The translations under genes were made by a program, and so were the position numbers. A stretch of 61,723 nucleotides of DNA from Guillardia theta CCMP2712. Taxonomy: Eukaryota; Protista; Cryptophyta. Numbering within the stretch: position 1 is the stretch's first letter; each line of letters begins with the position of its first letter. Shown in pieces: positions 57,686 through 61,723 of this stretch. The DNA is taken from the NCBI RefSeq assembly GCF_000315625.1, contig NW_005434579.1, positions 1 through 61,723 on the forward strand, written 5' to 3'. Below the pieces are notes generated by a model, which searched no databases, was not told where the DNA came from, and saw nothing but the letters and a program-made list of their open reading frames with translations.

Positions 57686-60291
57686 ATGTTCAACCAGTGG
57701 AGGAGATTCCAGTTCTTTGACCGGGAGAATGTTTCTCGAGATGATGGGAGGTACGTGCTTTCATTTCCACACTCGACCTCCTCCTCCTCCTATCTTCTCC
57801 TCATCCAATCATATCCCACCCCATCCTGTCCCGTCCCGTCCCAGCCGCTCTCCTCCCCTCTTCCTCGCCCCTCCACTCTTTCCCGCTCGACCAATCCCTT
57901 TGTTTCCTTCACTTGCTCAGACGCTGTCTGTGAGCTCACGCACGTGCTCGCTCCTCAGCTCCGTCAGCCTCGACATCAACCGCGTCGGCATCATGGCCGT
58001 CACTAGCGGGAGGGGGCAGATCGTGTTCGGAGACGAGGAGGGCTCGATCACCCTCTGCGATCGCAAGTGCAACTTGAGCAAGTTCCAAGCCTTCGAGAAG
58101 TCAGTGACGCAGTTGCACCAGCTGCAGCAGCAGAACGTGCTGGTGAGCATAGGAGAGGACCTGCTCTCCTCCTCCGTGCTCAAGGTCTGGAACATGGACA
58201 AGATGGACAGGAGCACCGACGGTTTCCTCAACGTCCTCTGCAAGGACGTCTTCGAAGGGCTCCCCCTCCCTCGCTCCCCCGTCACTTGCCTGACCTCGTC
58301 GGAGGATCTCTCCCTCATCCTCGTCGGCCTCCACTCAGGCTCTGTCATCCTCATCCAAGGAGACGCGCAGCACAAGAAGGCGGCGAGTCGCATCCTCACG
58401 AGCACCCACCAGACGCCTGTCGTGTCCATGGGGCTCTTCTATGTGAGCGGGGGGCGAAGTTCCTTGCTGGTAGCCACGACCTCGCACATCCTGTGCTTCC
58501 AGAACCTGCAGCAGGGGAGGATGGAGGTGCTTGACGAGCAAGGCTGCATGTCTGGCGCCGCCACCTACACCGATGACCATGAGATGGTGGTTGGTCGGCA
58601 GGAAGCGGTGTACTACTTCAGCAAGGAAGGGAGGGGAGGGAGCTACGCGTTCGAGGGAGAGAAGAAGATGATCGCGCACATGAAGGGCTACCTGCTGATC
58701 ATCACAGAGGACAGAGCGATGAACAACACCGCGACAATCTACGACATGAAGAACAAGCTTATCTCCTTCTCTTCCAGCGTTGGAGTGATCAGGCACGTGC
58801 TGACGGAGTGGGGAAACTTCATCCTTGTGTGCGAGGACGGCAAACTCCTCCAGCTGACGGAGAAAGACACCCAGCAGAAGCTGGACATGCTCTTCAAGCG
58901 GAACCTATACCAGATCGCTGTGAACCTGGCGCAAAGTCAGCAGCTAGACGAAGGCTACATCATCGACATCCAGCGCAAGTTCGGCGATCACTTGTACAGC
59001 AAGGGCGATCACGATGGGGCCATGGCACAGTACCTCCTGACCGTGGGGAAGTTGGAGCCTTCCTACGTGATCAGAAAGTTCCTTGATGGGCAGAAGATTC
59101 ACAACCTCACCTCGTACTTGCAAACTCTGCATCACAAGCGGCTAGCTAACTCGGACCACACGGCGCTCCTTCTCAACTGCTACACGAAACTCAAGGACGT
59201 GGCCAAGTTGGACGAGTTCGTCAAGTGGGATGGAGTTCCGTTCGAGGCCATCACGGCGATCAGAGTAGAGACTGCGGGTGGCTCGGGGGCCTTGTTCTGA
59301 CGTCTTTGGACAGACTCTGTGCAACAGCGGGTACTACGAACACGCGCTGTTTCTTGCGAAGAAGCACAGACAGCACGACATGTGCGTCAAAATCCTTGTA
59401 CAGGTGAGAAGAGGAGGAAGGAGGGAGCAGAGGAGGCAAGGAAGTAGAAGAAAGATGAAGTGGAGCGGTCGGAGGAGGGAGATGATATGGAAGGTGGGAG
59501 AAATCGTTGAAACTCTGACTAGAAGCCTGACAGGATCAGAAGCAAGCAGAGGAGGCGCTGGTGTACATGAGGAGCCTGACTTCTACCGACTGTCTAGAGT
59601 GCATGAAGGTTGACTGTAACTCCTCCTCCTTTCCCAGCTGATTGTGACCATGCAGCGATATGGCGGTCAGCTAATGAAGGTTCTTCCGACGCAGACTACC
59701 GACTTACTCAAGGTCCCAGTCGTCTCCTCATCCTGCTACTACTACTACTACTACTCATCATCACCACCACCACCACCACCACCACCACCATCATTCACCA
59801 TCATCATCATCATCATCTTATCATCATCACCATCATCATCTTATCATCATCACCACCACCACCTCCTCCTCCTCCACCACCACCTCCTCCTCTATACGTC
59901 CAGCATTCCCCTTCCTTCTTCCCTTCTTCTTCCTTTTCCTCTGGTTTCCCACCCCATCTTGTCTTCTCCTCCTCCCCACCCCCTCCTCTTCCGTTCTGCT
60001 CTCATCCCTTCACCCCCAGCCCCACCCTCCCCATCACCTCTCTTCTTACCCACAACCAGATGATGTGTACCGAGTACAAGCTCGAGAATCCTCAAGAAGT
60101 TTCAAACTCAGCTCCTCCCGAGCAGCAGGCGCCCGCAAACTCTTCTGGTACCAACCCAGCAAGAGCTGAACTGAAGCTTAAGAGAGATCCGATCGGTGAG
60201 AACGAAAACGAAAAGCCGAGGCGCAAACTTGACAGCCCACAGCAGGAAACAGCCTGCCGCGCTCGTCTTCGGAACCGAACTTAACGAAGGG

Positions 60292-60330
<39 letters not shown>

Positions 60331-61723
60331 GGCAGGGAACGAGCGGATCGATCCGATCAATCCGATGGACTTCATCCATCTGTTCGGGGACAGTCACGAG
60401 GACGAGCTGATAGGTCCTCTGCTCCAGCTGAGAAAATGTCTCTGATCCGCCGCGCAGATTTCTTTGAGTTCGTGGTGTCTTCCTCCAAGGCTGAACACCC
60501 TGGGGTGCTGGAGTTCCTGCTCGAGCTCTACCTGTCCAGGCAGCGAGGCGCCGTCGTGTCTCCCAGCAAGAGGGAGGCCAGCCACTCCAGCTCCCACTCA
60601 CCAGAGCAGCTGAAGGAGAAGGCGCTGGCGCTGCTGAGGTCGCTGCTCGGCACCAGCTGGAGGCTGCTGACGTGTAAGCAGGAGAACCAAGGTGGGTCTG
60701 GACACCGAAGCAGCCCTCCTGACCTGCCAGCTGAGAAATTTTCATGAAGGGGTTGTCATGCTGCTGGAGGTGAGCTGGTGTCGGCAGGTCGGTTCCCCTG
60801 ACTCCCCAGCAGAAGCAGGGTCTCTTCAAAGATGTTCTCGAGCACTTCATGTCCATCAAGTCCGTCGATGGGGTCATGGAGACCTGCAGGTCCCTGAGCT
60901 CATGGTCAGCTGGACTCGTCGGGTCAAACTCACGCCTGGGACAGGAAGCATGGCGACAAGGACCCCCAGCTGTGGGTGTCTTGCCTGCACTGGCTGGCGG
61001 CTTGCGACACGCTGTACACCAAGGAAGTTCAGGTCCAGCTGCCTTCCACCTGGTGCCGACGCTGCTCGCTCACCCTGCTGCAGGAGACGCTGACCCACAT
61101 CGAGGAGCGAGAGCTGCTCCCTCCCCTGGTGGTGATCCAGGTCAGCCCGAGCAGGAGTCGGCCGGGGACTTTGCGCCTGACTGGCACACGGCACAGATCC
61201 TGGCGCAGAACAACAGCGCGACGCTGGAGCTCGTGAAGGTGAAGGAGGGAGGCAGCTGGACTTGAGCTAAAGGTCCGTTGACAGGGGTACATGACGAGGT
61301 ACCTGCAGCGGGAGATGGGTCAAATCCAAGAAGACAAGACGGCGATCCAGGCTCCAGATGCTCTCCAGCTGCTCTAGAGCTGAACTTCCCAGCAGGGGTT
61401 TCGAGACGAGACAGAGAGCATGCGGAAGGAGATCGAGGTGGGAGGGCCTGATGATAGACTTGCCCAGCTGACTCCCCAGCAGAACTTGAGGACGACGGCG
61501 AGGATAGTCCAGTCCCGCAACTGCAGCGCATGCGGCCAGACCCTCGACCTGCCCAGCGTACACTTCATGTGCAGGTGGGAGCGGAGGGTTGGACAAGTTT
61601 GCGGGGGTCAGACTGATCTGGGGTCCAGCTTCCAAGGGACCCCCTGCTCCTTCCACCAGCGATGCCTCGGGGAGAACGAGAACGAGTGCCCACTGTGCGG
61701 GCCTGAGGTGCGGGTGATCGGGA
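57686..61723 (+). CDS. VPS11: Vacuolar protein sorting 11 (HOPS/CORVET); 3' end lies outside the window
   Basis: MFNQWRRFQFFD start; KFGDHLYSKGDHDGAMAQY, LEPSYVIRKFLD, DHTALLLNCYTKLKD; C-terminal RING CSACGQTLDLPSVHFMC…HQRC…CPLC. Confidence 0.96.

Noticed and set aside
15370-60330. Numerous poly-L/P/E/S/R ORFs in the ORF track
   Set aside because: These are translations of intronic microsatellites ((AGG)n, (AGCAGG)n, (TCCTC)n, (AGACA)n, (CAT)n) or antisense shadows of real exons.
1-61723. tRNA or rRNA genes
   Set aside because: No cloverleaf with A/B boxes and no rRNA-like sequence were recognised by eye.

Overview
Eukaryotic, intron-rich, GC-rich nuclear DNA from a left-hand subtelomere. 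Features pointing to a cryptophyte-like alga (inference only) are plant-type CCCTAAA/TTTAGGG telomere repeats, many ~45-100-nt introns, microsatellite-filled introns and a signal-peptide+Phe plastid-type presequence. The first ~6.3 kb is a head-to-tail array of related single-ORF elements, all coding on the minus strand (towards the telomere) and separated by short telomere-repeat tracts. Copies A1, A2 and B start at an identical register in the telomere repeat (TTTAGG|AG) with a family-specific 19- or 20-bp tandem repeat of variable copy number (21, 3 and 3). The elements encode a novel protein with an ORF1/RRM-like pattern and no visible reverse transcriptase or endonuclease. They end either at AATAAA (with or without a (CTA)n tail) or at a truncation capped by telomere repeats. 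This telomere-targeting element system is the main candidate novelty. It is followed by a decayed coding region (6.9-9.3 kb), a dense hairpin cluster (9.85-10.42 kb) and ordinary genes: a RUS1/DUF647 protein, two large coiled-coil proteins with Sfi1-like repeats (one with a PDZ domain), an AAA_26/Pta-N-like protein, an ARM-like protein, DusA, ALG13, an intronless zinc-finger+Myb-like (DUF6818-like) protein, an ankyrin-methyltransferase, LSM14 and VPS11 (cut by the window end). All calls were made by eye, and exon boundaries are approximate.
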